A DNA stretch of 64,000 nucleotides from the human T2T-CHM13v2.0 reference genome, Homo sapiens. The notes under the pieces were generated by a model that did not search any database, was not told the DNA's origin, and saw only the letters and a list, made by a program, of their open reading frames with translations. Shown one piece after another: positions 38,674-52,399 of the stretch (position 1 is the stretch's first letter; every line of letters starts with the position of its first letter). A program made the position numbers and the translations under genes. Location of the stretch: the NCBI RefSeq assembly GCF_009914755.1, contig NC_060937.1; one strand, given 5' to 3'.

Positions 38674-41049
38674 GTAAGTAGGAAAGCACAGAAAAGGATA
38701 AAAACACAAGCACAGACAGGTGGACCTGTCGATCCACAAACCCCCTGCCAGACTCTGGGAGATGCTGGTGACAGGAAAGGACAGCAGACCTGGACCGGGA
38801 AACACAATCCACAGCCTTGTGCAGAGGCTGGAATGAAGTGCGCAGGCGGCTTGAGGGAGGAGCCCCACACAACTCTCCTTACCTAGGAGCTGGCTCACCT
38901 GACCCACTAGAGCACAGCAACTGGTTTTGTGAAAGAAAAAAAGAAAAGAAAAAACAGTGATAAATAACATAGGTTCAATTGTTTTGACAGTAAAACTCAT
39001 TCCAAAATACAGCAGAGGCGTGTGTCCTCCACGTCTCGCCTTCCCCACAGAGTGAGCCCTTCATCTCTCCAAGGTCAGTCTGTTTTTAGCCCAACGTTGC
39101 TTGAACCTGTCATCTTCCCTCCAATTGCACCATCACTGCCAATGCTCCCACCATCACAGTGCTCCCACCATCATTAGCCCTCCCTTGGCTTCCTAGAAAG
39201 GTCACCCTGCTTTAATCTTGCACTATTTTAATGAGTTCTGCACTGAAATCAAGAGTGTCTTCACAAATACCAACCTGAGTCTCCTTTCCTCATGCTCCCA
39301 TACTCATGAGGGGCTCCACCAATGCCAACACGTGCCTCCTTTCCCCATGCTCCCATACTCACGAGGTACAAAGCCCATGCTCACCTTTTTTACCTCCCTC
39401 CCTCCAGTCCACACCTGGCCATCTTGTCCTCCCCGAGCTTGGTTCAGCTAAATAGTCCCTGAATGCATCAAGTTTGTTCTCAGCCCCTCACTCATGAGCT
39501 TTCTGCTCCCTTTCTCTGCCTAGAATGTTCCCATTCCCTCGGTCCTCCTTCACTGGACTTACTCCTTTTCATCCTTTCAGATGTAGCTCCAGGAAAACCT
39601 CCCACCACCCGTAGGCAAAGTCAGAGTGCTTTCTCCACTGCAGTTCTGAAGACATTCCCCACACCCCATCACAAGCACAGTTGAGCTGTGATCAGGTGCT
39701 CATGTCTCCTCTACGGTAAACTCCTGGTGATGGCTTCGGTCATTCCTTCAAAAGCTTTTTATGAGCCCCTATCCCACAGCCAGCACTCCCAACATACAGC
39801 AGTGAAAGCACAGGCTCTGTGACTTCGATGCTCGCAAATAGGCAATTGTATAAATAAACAAGATAATTGCTGAGAATGATGGATGCTTCACAACTGTAGC
39901 TTTTTCTTTTCTATCCCCCAAGATCCAACCCCATTTTTGACATTTAAAAAAAAATGCTCAATAAATGTGTTAGATGAATATAAAATGGCAAGTACCATCG
40001 TGATGACGGTAATAAAGTTTTGAGTGTAGAAAATGAGTGATAAACAGAAATACAGAGAGGAGGAGAAGGAGGAGATGAAGGATTAAGGAGAAATTTAACA
40101 TTGAAGGTTTAGAGAAGGTTTTTTCTTGACTTTTTAAGACAGTGGCAAAAGGGTAGAAAACAGAGGGAAGATGACAGATTCGTTGATACATTGATAGGAA
40201 AAAAAGCAGTATTGAGTGCCTTCTTGAAAAGCAAAAGGAATAACTTCTCTGATATGAGCTTAAAACAGGTATGTGAACAGGTAGAAATGAGTTGGTAGAA
40301 AACTAACCTGAAAGTTGAGGGGGTTTGTCCTGATGTATCTGTTTCCTTTAAAAAGTCAAAATCACAGTTGGGTGTTCAGTGTGGAGGGTGGGGAAGGGAT
40401 AAGGTAGGAGTTGGGGGAAAATGAAAATGGTGAAAGTATGCAATGACCGTTGTAGGCAATGGGAAAGGCAGCTTTCTAGAAGCTGAAACAGGACACCCCT
40501 CCCCCCAGCCCCTGCCAGCAGCATCAATGCAGCCACATCCCTGGGTATAAACTCTGTGACTTCCCATGGAAGAGCTCTACAAGCTGAGGTGCAGAGAGGG
40601 AACACTCGCTACCAAGAAAAGCTCAAAGCCTGACAGGTCTTTGGGTCATGAAAGCAAATAAACCACAACAGGAGTTCACGTCTTCAGAAAATGACTTGTG
40701 CTGGTGTCTAATGATGCCTGGGGCTGTGGGGTGGCAGGTGCAAGGTCAGAGCCAAAAATATAATGCAGTTTGGAAGTTTTGCTCCACAAAGCGAAGAAGA
40801 GTCATTAGTTTCAACTCCACCAGGTCAGGCAAACACAGTATATAAGATCATTTGACCCTGCTTCCAGAACGATTTGGCCTAACCCAGCAGCCTGCAGTTC
40901 TCCGACTTATCTCCACTGTATAAAATATTTCCTAATGTTTTATGACATAACTAATCTGCTAGCACTGGGCTTTGCTCACACACCCAGGATCAGGTCAATC
41001 CACCTGTGTAACAGGGCCCATTCCAGGACACACCTGTCATCGCCCCAAA

Positions 41050-42150
41050 TGGTAACCCTCTTAGGCACCCCAAGAGGAAGTGAGGGATGGGACACATCTA
41101 GGTCAGACCTCAGCAGACATTATTAAAAAGAGATGTGTAGTTGGACAGACAGCTGGCACACTTTTGAAAATGGCACGCAGGAGAAACCACCTTCCCCTTG
41201 GCTTCCTCGCATTAGGTTTCACTGGATCTGAATAAATGTTACGTGGCTCTCTGTGGCCCAGCAAATACAAAGGCTGGAGCATTGTCTGTGCTGGCCTCAG
41301 TCACCGCCTCCCTTGGAAAAACCAAGTGTGAGGCAGAGACATTGCTCCTGTGGGAAAAGCAACTTGGCCCACAGTCAAGTCTAAGTTTGTAATTGGAGCA
41401 GGAAGGGGTGGGTGTGTTTTCAGCAGAGGCAGGTCAACTAGGGAAAAGGTGATGTTTACTTCGGGGCTGGGGAAAGCAGATTTGCTGCGTGGAAAGAGCT
41501 GAAATAGCAGCAAATGCCACCGTGCCCGTGCAAGCAGCTCCAGCGAAGAAAGACAGCTCTATCGTGTTTAGGCGAAAGGGGAAAGTTAGGCAACCGTTTG
41601 GAATTAAAAAAAATAAAATCCGGAGCCCACTAAGCCTGTGTCAACGGGCGAAAATGAAGTGAAGGGTTGAGAAAATGAACTGGGTATGGCAGCCCCAAGT
41701 CCACCATGGGACAGCCACCTAAGGCTGGACCCGGCCTCTGTGCAGGTTAGAAATGCGAAAACTCCACTCAGAATCAAGCTTGGAGCAAGCCTCACATGCC
41801 CAGCAGGGGAGAGGGTGGAAGAAGGAGTGGGAGGGAGGGAGAAAGGAAGGAAGAGGCTATGTGGATTTTTAAAAATCCAGATGCTAGTGTAGAAGGGATC
41901 ATTGTGCTTTCTCCATTGATTTACTTATGCTTCTGGAATTTGCCATTCACTGCATAATTGCAACCGGAATGTTATGGTGCTCTTCATTAAAAGTCTCTTG
42001 GAGCAAGTTGAGCCTTTATTGGAGGCTAAATATAAATGTTGTTGGACCAAAGGTACAGCGGTAAATCTGGACTTTTGTGTGTACAGTGTAATGTTGTGGC
42101 TGACATTTTGGGGTGTGACCACGTGGTCAAAATGAACTGAAGCACTGAAA
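41050..42150. promoter_or_regulatory. Candidate enhancer in unique sequence
   Basis: PU.1-like AAGAGGAAGTG 41072-41082; GAAA-rich IRF/ETS-like strings 41570-41680; retained CpGs; palindromic E-box 42116-42129. Confidence 0.45.
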
Positions 42151-43179
42151 CATTATTTGGGACAATCAGATCAATGGAAAGAGCTGCTCTTCATCCCACA
42201 GGAGAAAACAAAGTCGGCTTAAGTAAAACCTACTCCTCCTTATTTTCTGTAGCACATTTATGTGCATAAATTGTCCTGAAATAAAGAACTCAAATCATAT
42301 TTTTGATTGTCCCATAAAGCCAGATGTCTAAACAAGGGTTCTTAAAATTACTTAGGGAATGAAACATCAGAAAGTTACGAAACATGATAAAATATCAATG
42401 TTTACCTCTGTTTTTTGAACTAGGGTTATTTTAGCAATTAAAAGTATGGCAACATTAAAATCATGCAATACAAATTCACAACTATGAGCACAGCTGTCCA
42501 TGAAAATCCAGCTGTCAGGCTAACTCAGGTAGCTATTTCCAAGGTACTCGGTTGAGAGTTTGGTACTTGTTCACTGTTTTTCTTATCAATTTAAGTGCTT
42601 TCCAGCAGAGAAGCAGTAGAATTTCCAAAGATTTAAGAAAAAGTTATTGGGGAACTTTTTAAATTGAAAAAAGCCTATCCCTTTTCTCAACCTTGTATGT
42701 GCACCTGGAAACGATCATTATCTCACTTTAATAGTAAAACCCCAGGTTCAGCCTCCAGAGTACACGTTTTCCACAGGAATCAAGTTGGAGAACCATCGTC
42801 CTGTGATGTTTTTCACTTCCCATGCTCTGTCTTAGACTATATTAGAAATGTATTTTTAGAATACAGATTTTCTGCTACAAGAATGAAGCCACTCTTATTT
42901 TTCTCTTTGCTCTGATTTCAGGATCTATTTTTATATTATTCTATGTACATTTTATAAGACACCAAAGATACCCTTTTGAAGAGGTATAAATAAGTTGCTT
43001 AAATACAACACAAACAAAAAACAAACACTAATTCACTCTAAACTCTGGAGTCTAGAAATTTAGCATTTAAAACTTCTATTTAGTCATTTATGTAATCATT
43101 CATTCAGTGAATAATTAAAGCAAACTAATTCTACTCCAAACATTGGTTCAGTCCTGGTTATTAAGCACATACCAAGGAT

Positions 43180-43780
<601 letters not shown>

Positions 43781-46439
43781 CAGGTGCCTGGTCACAGAGA
43801 ATTTACATTCTGTAAGGGATAAACAGGAGATAAACAATGCAATATGCATTTAATAAAATAAAATGTCAGATGCTAGTGTTATTGAAAACTGGCAGGATCA
43901 AGGGGACAGAAAGAAAAATTCTTCTTAGAGTGGTAAGGGATGGCCTTGCAGATAAAGTGACATTTAAACGGGAAACCGAAAGAAAAATTCAGGGCAAAGC
44001 ACACAGCTATCTGGGACAAGAGCATTCCAGGAAGCAGGAAGAGGGACCAGCAGGTGCACCGGCTCTGGGCAGGGTTTGCTCTTTAACCCTCCTAGAACTA
44101 ATTGGTCCACAAAGCCTTTGTACCTTTTACACATTTAAATAGCCTCCAAATGACTTCTTTTATGAGATAAGCACAAAGTCAAAGTCCTTTGGATTGAACA
44201 TTTCTGTCTTTTCAAAATTCCAATATCACCTCTACCAGAAACTCCTGTTGGCTTGATCTCAGATGCAAGTTTCAAAGCATTCTCTTTATGGTTTCCACTA
44301 ATTGTGCTCTTATTTACTTTCCCTGCACCAGGGACAAAGAAAGATGAGCTCCTGTGGTGTTGGAAATTCACTGTGACTTCGGGCAGAAGGCCTGCTTTGA
44401 GAACGTACCTAATTCCTGCCAAAGCTCATCCCTGTATTTCCTCAAAATTGTTGGCGGGTTTCTCATTTGACCAAGATTTCTTTGAAATCAACAGCCAGGA
44501 AAAACAAGTAAACAAGCAAGGGCAGCCTCCCAGGGTCACCCACACTTGGTGAACAGTAGCCAGGATGGGAGCACGCAGGCCGCGTTGTCCTCCGCAAAGG
44601 CCTGGGTTTCCATGGTGCTAGGTCTGCAAAGGGCAGTGTTCAAAATCAAGCCACTGCGTGGTGAAACTAGCACCGCAAAACCCCAAATGCTTTGGGTGTT
44701 GGTTTTACAAAGGATTTACACTATGTCGTGGGCATAGAGGTTCTACCTGATCACTTTTTGGAATAACTCCAGGATGCTTTCCATCTCTCACTACAAATCT
44801 CACATCACCTCTCTCCAGGCCTCAGCTGCTGTTTCTCCTAAAAATATGGCAGTGGGAGGGGATGGCTGAGCCCTCTGAAGTTTTACTAATATCAGGGCGC
44901 AAACACTTGCCTCGAAATGACTTCCTTCTCCTGTGCAATAACAAAATTAATAAAAGCTCGGTGGCCACTACCAGATAGTGACTTTTTCATAGAAATGTAG
45001 AGAACATCACCATAATCCTTGTCCAACTGTGATAACTCCAACATTTATATTAAGTTAAGTGATTGAGGTCTGCAGTCTTTGCTTGCCATAGTCAACTGTA
45101 CAGCAATATATTTTATTTCCTAATCATGCCCCCAGAAACCCCTGTCTGGAATATGCTATTGGACAGAGGACATAATATGCAAATACATCTTATCCATCAT
45201 AAAACCAAAGCTAAGGCTGGAAGCAAAAAGGACATTTGTTTGCAACTCAGCTCTTCTCTTCAGACTCCCCATTTCCCAGCTCATGTTCCTCTGAGTGCAG
45301 CGTCTGCATCTCACCATCAGAGGGAAAACCTCCACGCAGCAGTGTCTTTAACTGTTTGACTTCATTGCTTTTCAAAATTTTTCTTAAATCATTGAAAATA
45401 TCTTAGAAGTCACAGTAAGAGGTAGAATGGGCTTCCATAGCATCTAATGTTTTAATTCTTTAAAAACTATCTGAGGCGAATGTGGCAAAATGCTAAGATA
45501 CAGCAAAGCTGAGAGGTGAGGACTTGAGTGTTCCTTAGTCTGTCTTTTCGCATGCATATATTTAACAATAAATACCCAATAGTAATAGATATTTACTAAT
45601 GAAATGCATTAGTGAAAACATCCCTGGATGTTGTGACTTCAACTAATTGATAGAGCTAAATATATCTGCATATTGTTTTCATGTACAGCATTTGCAATTC
45701 ATGTTTAGACTTCCTCCCTCCTCTCCCCAGAAGTTTCCAAAAGGCAGGCCACGTAATTGCTTTACATTATGGTATCTATTTTTTGTTAATTGATGTCTTC
45801 TTGTGGCAGGACCTTTCTTCCCGCTATCCTGAGACTCAGCAGCTGCCTGTGGGCATGTAACCCAGTGGAGGCCATCAGCTGGTGTGGTCCCCAGTCTCAG
45901 TGAGCAAGGGCTGCCTGCAGCCTGGGGTCCATGGGCTAAGGCCCTTAGCTGATTGCACACAGACTCACCAGGGCTTAGACACAAAGGAGATGGATGCTGA
46001 ATATTTCACCTGAGTGTCACCTGCTTTCTGTTTTCTTTTTGAACTGCCCTAGAAATCCCTCCTCAAGAAAATTCATCAAACGAAACCAAAGCAGGGTATT
46101 TCTGTCGTCTCTTCTGCTTAGTACTGTCCTCTTTACAAATTGTTAGTTGTCTCAACATTACATATGAGTCTACTTTAGGGCTGTGAAGTATATTATTCAA
46201 GATTGATTTTTCCTTCCTTCAGCACTGGCGACCCTGGATCACTGGCCACTGTTTAAATCACCCTGTGCTGGCTTCTTCTGAGCCCGTTAGCACCATGTGG
46301 TAGCCCCAGTGCCGATGGCATCCCAGCCTGCATCCAGGTCAGAGGAGGCGCATGCTTCCGTCACGCACGGGCACACTCCTCCACGAAGAACCCCAGTTCA
46401 CCGGGGCTGCCCTCATGCCATAAAAACAGAGGCACTGCC

Positions 46440-46750
46440 GGCCGGGCATGGTGGCTCACGCCTGTAATCCCAGCACTTTGGGAGGCTGAGGCAGGTGGAT
46501 CACCAGCCAGGAGGTCGGGAGATCGAGACCATCCCTGGCTAAAATGTGAAACCCCGTCTCTACTAAAAATACAAAAAATTAGCCGGGCGTGGTGGCACAT
46601 GTCTGTAGTCCCAGCTACTCAGGAGTCTGAGGCAGAAGAATGGCATGAACCCGGGAGACGGAGCTTGCAGTGAGCCGAGATCGTGACACTGCACTCCAAC
46701 CTGGGTGACAGAGTGAGACTCCATCTCAAAACAAAAACAAACAAAAAATA
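46440..46750 (+). mobile_element. AluY-like with TSD
   Basis: gagatcgagaccatcc, aatggcatgaaccc, ggagcttgcag; TSD aggcactgcc at 46430-46439 and 46754-46763. Confidence 0.93.
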
Positions 46751-47301
46751 CGAAGGCACTGCCATTAGGACAGAGTCAGAGAGAGCCACACACCTGACAT
46801 GTGGCCTCTTAAGAGGACAGAGACGTGCTCTGCTGGAAGAAGGAAAACGTTAGAAGAGGTCAGTTGCCTTGCCTGGCCACATCAGTCCAGTGTGGACTGA
46901 TATATATCTTATATTCCAATTTCTTTACTTTTCAAACATGCTTTTAGCCCAGCACAGAACTGTGTGTCTCTCTTTACGGCAGGGAGGGGAAAGTGCAAAG
47001 ATGAGATCAAAATCAAACATTTCAAGATTGCGAGGAAGAGTTGGAAATTGGTACTTTTCACCCTTCTCTTCCCCTAAAGTCATTCTCACCTTTCCCTCAG
47101 CTCACAGGCGAAAGGAGGGTACCTGACAATCCCCTCAAGGGGAGGTTCAGCAGATACAAATGAGGACTGAACAAAATATTAGAACAGTTCAAAGAAAAGG
47201 TGACTGCAAGTTGGAAATCATAAACATCACGTGTTCATACATTACATACTCATGCACCAATATTTGCTTTAAGGATAAAGGCTTTTCTTAAAAATGGATC
47301 A

Positions 47302-47583
<282 letters not shown>

Positions 47584-48378
47584 TTAGAGTTCGGCACTTA
47601 TTATTATTATTATTATTTGGCATACATAACACTGAAAGTGTCTATTCCTAAATTCTAGTTGAGATGTCTTTCAGTAACTTAGGAAGCCATTGGGAAACAA
47701 TCTGAATGCAAACTTTTTCTAGAGTTTTTGTTTGCCAATTTTTCACAATCATCACATCTAGGTATAACTTAACAGAGAAAAGTTTGTGACTCGACTATAC
47801 TCTTTCCAAAGTTTTAACTTTACAAAAAACAGCTTGATTTTCCCCTAATAGTTCTTTATTATGTATGCATCCCATATATGTTTATATATGTTCAAGTGTA
47901 CAACAAAAATTCACAAAATACTATAAAGGATGTACCTTGTGATTTTCCATTCTAGCCCAAGGAAGTTGAGCCAGTTCTATTCTTTCAAATGCAGACCACG
48001 ACCCATTAAATTGATTTAACAACCTGCAAATAGTCAGGCTCCCCAGCATGAAAGGCACTGCTTCAGTAGCTGTCTGTAAGCACCAAGCAGTGAGGGCAGA
48101 GAGGAGAACCCCTGAGCACCTCCCCATACCACCGACTGCATCTCAGTGTAATGTCCCAATAGCTCAGAGGAAACATAGCAAATGCTTAAAGTATCAACAC
48201 TACTGAAATCAATGATGTAATCTTTGAACTCACAGTTACACTTGTCTTTGTTTTGTGAAAGCATACAAATGTCTTGTTCTCCATCAAGACAGGAAAAGAG
48301 CACACAGACAGCTTCAGTGCCTGCTCCTCCCTGTGCTCAAGGTTCACTCCATTCTTCCAATTTTTTTTCCTCTAAGTT

Positions 48379-48586
48379 CAGAGGCTGGCAAACTGCAGTC
48401 CATGGGCCAAGTCTGGCCAGTGCCTGTTTTTGTCAAATTGCGTCGGAACACAGCCACGCTGGATTTGTGTGTGTGTTGTCTGTGGTTGTTTTCAAGCTGC
48501 AGCGGCAGAGTTGTTTGATCGGAGAAGGTCTGCCACACAAAGCCCAAGACATTCACGAACTGGCCGAAAAGATGGCTCACCCCCCG
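48379..48586. mobile_element. MER58A-like MITE
   Basis: cagaggctggcaaact...gggccaagtctggcc...cctgtttttgt...ggaacacagccacgc...cacaaagcc. Confidence 0.8.
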
Positions 48587-49307
48587 CACTAAGTCATCTC
48601 CTAGCTCTGAGAAAATGGCGATCCTCTGAGAACTCAGAAGCTCTTTCCCCATATTAAATTATTTGCTCACAAACTTGTTTACTGGGATAAGAAGAAGGTG
48701 GTATTATTTCCATTGCCATTTATGCATCAGAGCAAACAAATGATCAAGTCAGACTTAGAGATAGGACATATCTTACAGGTTTGAAATGAACCCTTTCCAC
48801 TGTCTTAGTTTACTTTGCTTTGTTTACCACAGTAACAGAGGAAAGAAATTTCAGGGCCCTGCAACCATGTTCATATTTTTTCATCTCATGTTTAGTTCTA
48901 AAGATATATGTAATATACGCATCACACTTTATACTGTAGTTATGTTTATATTAAAATACTTTAAATTGCTTACCTTCAAGTAAAACTTGTGGTCCCAGAA
49001 AACTCAGAGCTTCAAGAAACCAGTGACATTAAATAGAGCCATATTTCACCTCAAAGTGCCATACCGCTGTTTGAAAACATGGAAGAAGAAATGGACATCA
49101 CCAGGAATTATGAGGACCACCTCATGCCCACTGAGGGTGTTTGGGGACAGCAGCTACCTGGGCTGGGATGAAGGGAATGGTCTTGCCTGGGGTACAGAAA
49201 ATTTCTGTTAAAAGATAATTCATACACGATAAGTAAGCCAAGCAAAACTGGCCTGCTTTTATCCCAACAAGAGAGTCATTCCAAACACAGTTAGTGATGA
49301 AACAGTC

Positions 49308-49310
<3 letters not shown>

Positions 49311-49348
<38 letters not shown>
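49311..49348. repeat. (CA)19 microsatellite
   Basis: Perfect run. Confidence 0.97.
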
Positions 49349-49351
<3 letters not shown>

Positions 49352-49450
49352 ATTTGTTGATGAAAGTTCTAAATAATTGCTCTTGTGACTGTTGAGTTTT
49401 CATTACATATATTTGGGTGTGTGTGTGTGCGTGCACGTGTGTGCGCGTGT

Positions 49451-49898
49451 GTGATGGGTTGAAATGCATCGCCCAAAAAGCTATGTTCAAGTCCTAACCC
49501 CTGGTACCTGTGAAGGTGACTTTATCTGGAAGTGGGGGGTCTTTGCAGAAGCAATCAAGTTAAGATGAAACCATACTGAAGTATGGTGGGTCCTTCATCC
49601 AAAGTGACTAGTGTCCTGATAAGAAGAGGGGAAGAAAACCAAGACAACACAAGAGAATGTGGAAGATGTGAACATGGAGCAGAGATCAGGCAATGTGTCT
49701 GAGAGCCAAGCAGTACCCCGATGGCCCCAGCCACCACCAGAAGCTGGAGAGAGGCAGGGGGCCGATTCCTTCTCCCAGCCTCCAAAGGAACCAGCCCTGC
49801 AGACTTCCAGACTCGAGAACCATGAGGAATACATGTCTGTTATTTTAAGCCACACAGTTTGTGGTCATTTGTGACAGCAGTCTGGCGAAACTTATACA
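49451..49898 (+). mobile_element. MLT1C-like solo LTR
   Basis: tgatgggttgaa...tatgttcaagtcctaacccc...ccaccagaagctggagagaggc...ttttaagccacacagtttgtggt...tataca. Confidence 0.9.
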
Positions 49899-50398
49899 CC
49901 TATGCAAGCTTCAATCAATTCATTTGTATCTTTATCACTTAATAAACATCATACTCTACAGGAAAGTTATTCCAGAAAACTCCAAGTTATTCAGCTGACC
50001 CTGGCACACAGGCACCCAGCCCCCCGCCTTCATGTGAACGGAAGGAGCTGGATGGAGTAAACTATTAACACTGGTTCCAGGTGCTTCTCCAACCCCGGGG
50101 ATAATACATATTCTCGCACTTAAACCTTAGATTCTAAATTAAACGTGACAGGACAGTGCCTGTCAAAATAAAGGAACACAACTTGACTTATTTTGATTCA
50201 GTCATCAGAGGGGACCATTTGGAAGTTTGTGCTTAAAATCTAAAACAGTGCAACAGGGGACAAACTGCACAATGTAATATTTTTGTTTAGTAAATGCAAA
50301 TGTCAGTTCATAAAACATTTTACTGAATCTGAAAAATTTTTTTAAAAATAGAAATGTATAATTTTAACTGATTTCTACTCATTTTAATATTAAAAGAA

Positions 50399-51405
50399 AT
50401 ATAAATATATAATATATATAAATATAAATTTATATATAATATATAATATATATTTAATATATAATATATATTTATATATAATAGTTATATATAATATATA
50501 GTTATATATAATATATATTTCATATATAATATATAATATATAGTTATATATAATATATATTTCATATATAATATATAATATATATATATCATATATAATA
50601 TATAGTTATGTATAATATATATTTAATATACAATATATAATATATATATTTAATACATAATATATAGTTATATAATATATATATTTAATACATAATATAT
50701 AGTTATATAATATATATATTTAATATATAATATATAGTTATATAATATATATTTAATATATAATATATAGTTATATAATATATATTTAATATATGTTATA
50801 TATAACATATATTTAATATATAATATAGTTATATATAATATATATTTAATATATAATATATAGTTATATATAACATATATTTAATATATAATATAAATAT
50901 ATATTATATAAATATAAATATATATTATATAAATATAAATATATATTATATAAATATAAATATATATTATATAAATATAAATATATATTATATAAATATA
51001 AATATATATTATATAAATATAAATATATATTATATAAATATAAATATATATTATATAAATATAAATATATATTATATAAATATAAATATATATTATATAA
51101 ATATATATAATATAAATATAAATATATATTATATAATATATATTATATAAATATAAATATATATTTATAATATATATTATATAATATAAATATATATTAT
51201 ATAATATATATTATATAAATATAAATATATATTATATAATATATATTATATAAATATAAATATATATTATATAATATATATTATATAAATATAAATATAT
51301 ATTATATAAATATATATTATATAAATATAAATATATATTATATAAATATAAATATATATTATATAAATATAAATATTATAATAAAATATTTAATAAATAA
51401 TATTA
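50399..51405. repeat. ~1 kb AT-only minisatellite with two unit domains
   Basis: ~32-bp tatataatatatagttatataatatatatttaa units (~50450-50890), then ~21-bp tatattatataaatataaata units (~50890-51385). Confidence 0.97.
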
Positions 51406-51789
51406 AAGAAAGTCATTACTACTACTGAGTCTTACATGATCATTACTAAAAGTAATTTTGTTACGTGCAGGAGAGAAGTGTGGAAAATCATCTGTACTGT
51501 ATATCACATGTTCTGACTACACCTTAGTGGGAGCAGCCACGCTGTGAGCACTCTCTCTTAGTTATTCAACTATGCAAACACATAGCAATCAAGTTAAGAT
51601 GAAATCTTCACTAGGCTTTGAGGTTGCAGAGATGACACAAACATGCAGGCACAGAGTCCTGTTAAGCAACCTGTAGTGTGTGCGAACGACCAACATGTAA
51701 GTGATTATTCCGGCTCTGGCTCCCAAACCTGGCTGGGCCTCAGAGTCAACTATGAATCTTGTTTAAAAAATACAAGCATCCACTCTCAA

Positions 51790-52350
51790 AAATGGTTTCA
51801 CAGGCTCTTATCAAGGTAAACATGCCCTTACCACATGACTCAACAATTCTGCTCCTGGGTATTTATCCCAGATAAATGAAAATATGTCTTCACACAAAAA
51901 CCTGTACATGAATGTTTGTTGCAGCTCTGTTCATAATTGTCCCAAACTGGAAACAGCTAAAATGCCCCTCCAAAAGTGAGTGAATAATCAGCTGTGGCTC
52001 CTCCACACAATGGAATACAACCCAGCAAGGGACAAACATGAATCAACAACTTAGATGGATTTTACAGGCATTACGGTGAGCTAATGAAGCTGACCTCAAT
52101 AGGTGAGGGCCGTATGATTGCACTGGTATGACAGCATTGGAAAGATACATCGGCAGTGATGCAGGACAGAATAGTGGGTGCTGGCGTCAGAATTCAGGAG
52201 GGTGAGCCTATAAAGGGATAGCCCCAAGGAGTTTTGGGGGTGAGGGAATTGTTTGTAACCTGATTGTGGTAGTGATCACGCAAATCTATATATGAGTCAA
52301 AATTGATAGACCTATGCACTAAAAAGAAAAAAGTCAATTTTACTGAATGG
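51790..52350 (+). mobile_element. Old L1M (L1MB/ME) 3' fragment
   Basis: ctcctgggtatttatcccaga...aaacctgtacatgaatgttt...ccaaactggaaaca...cacaatggaatac. Confidence 0.8.
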
Positions 52351-52399
52351 CTGAAGGGCCCATGCAGTAGTGCATAAAGACTCAAGAAGCAGGTGGCAG

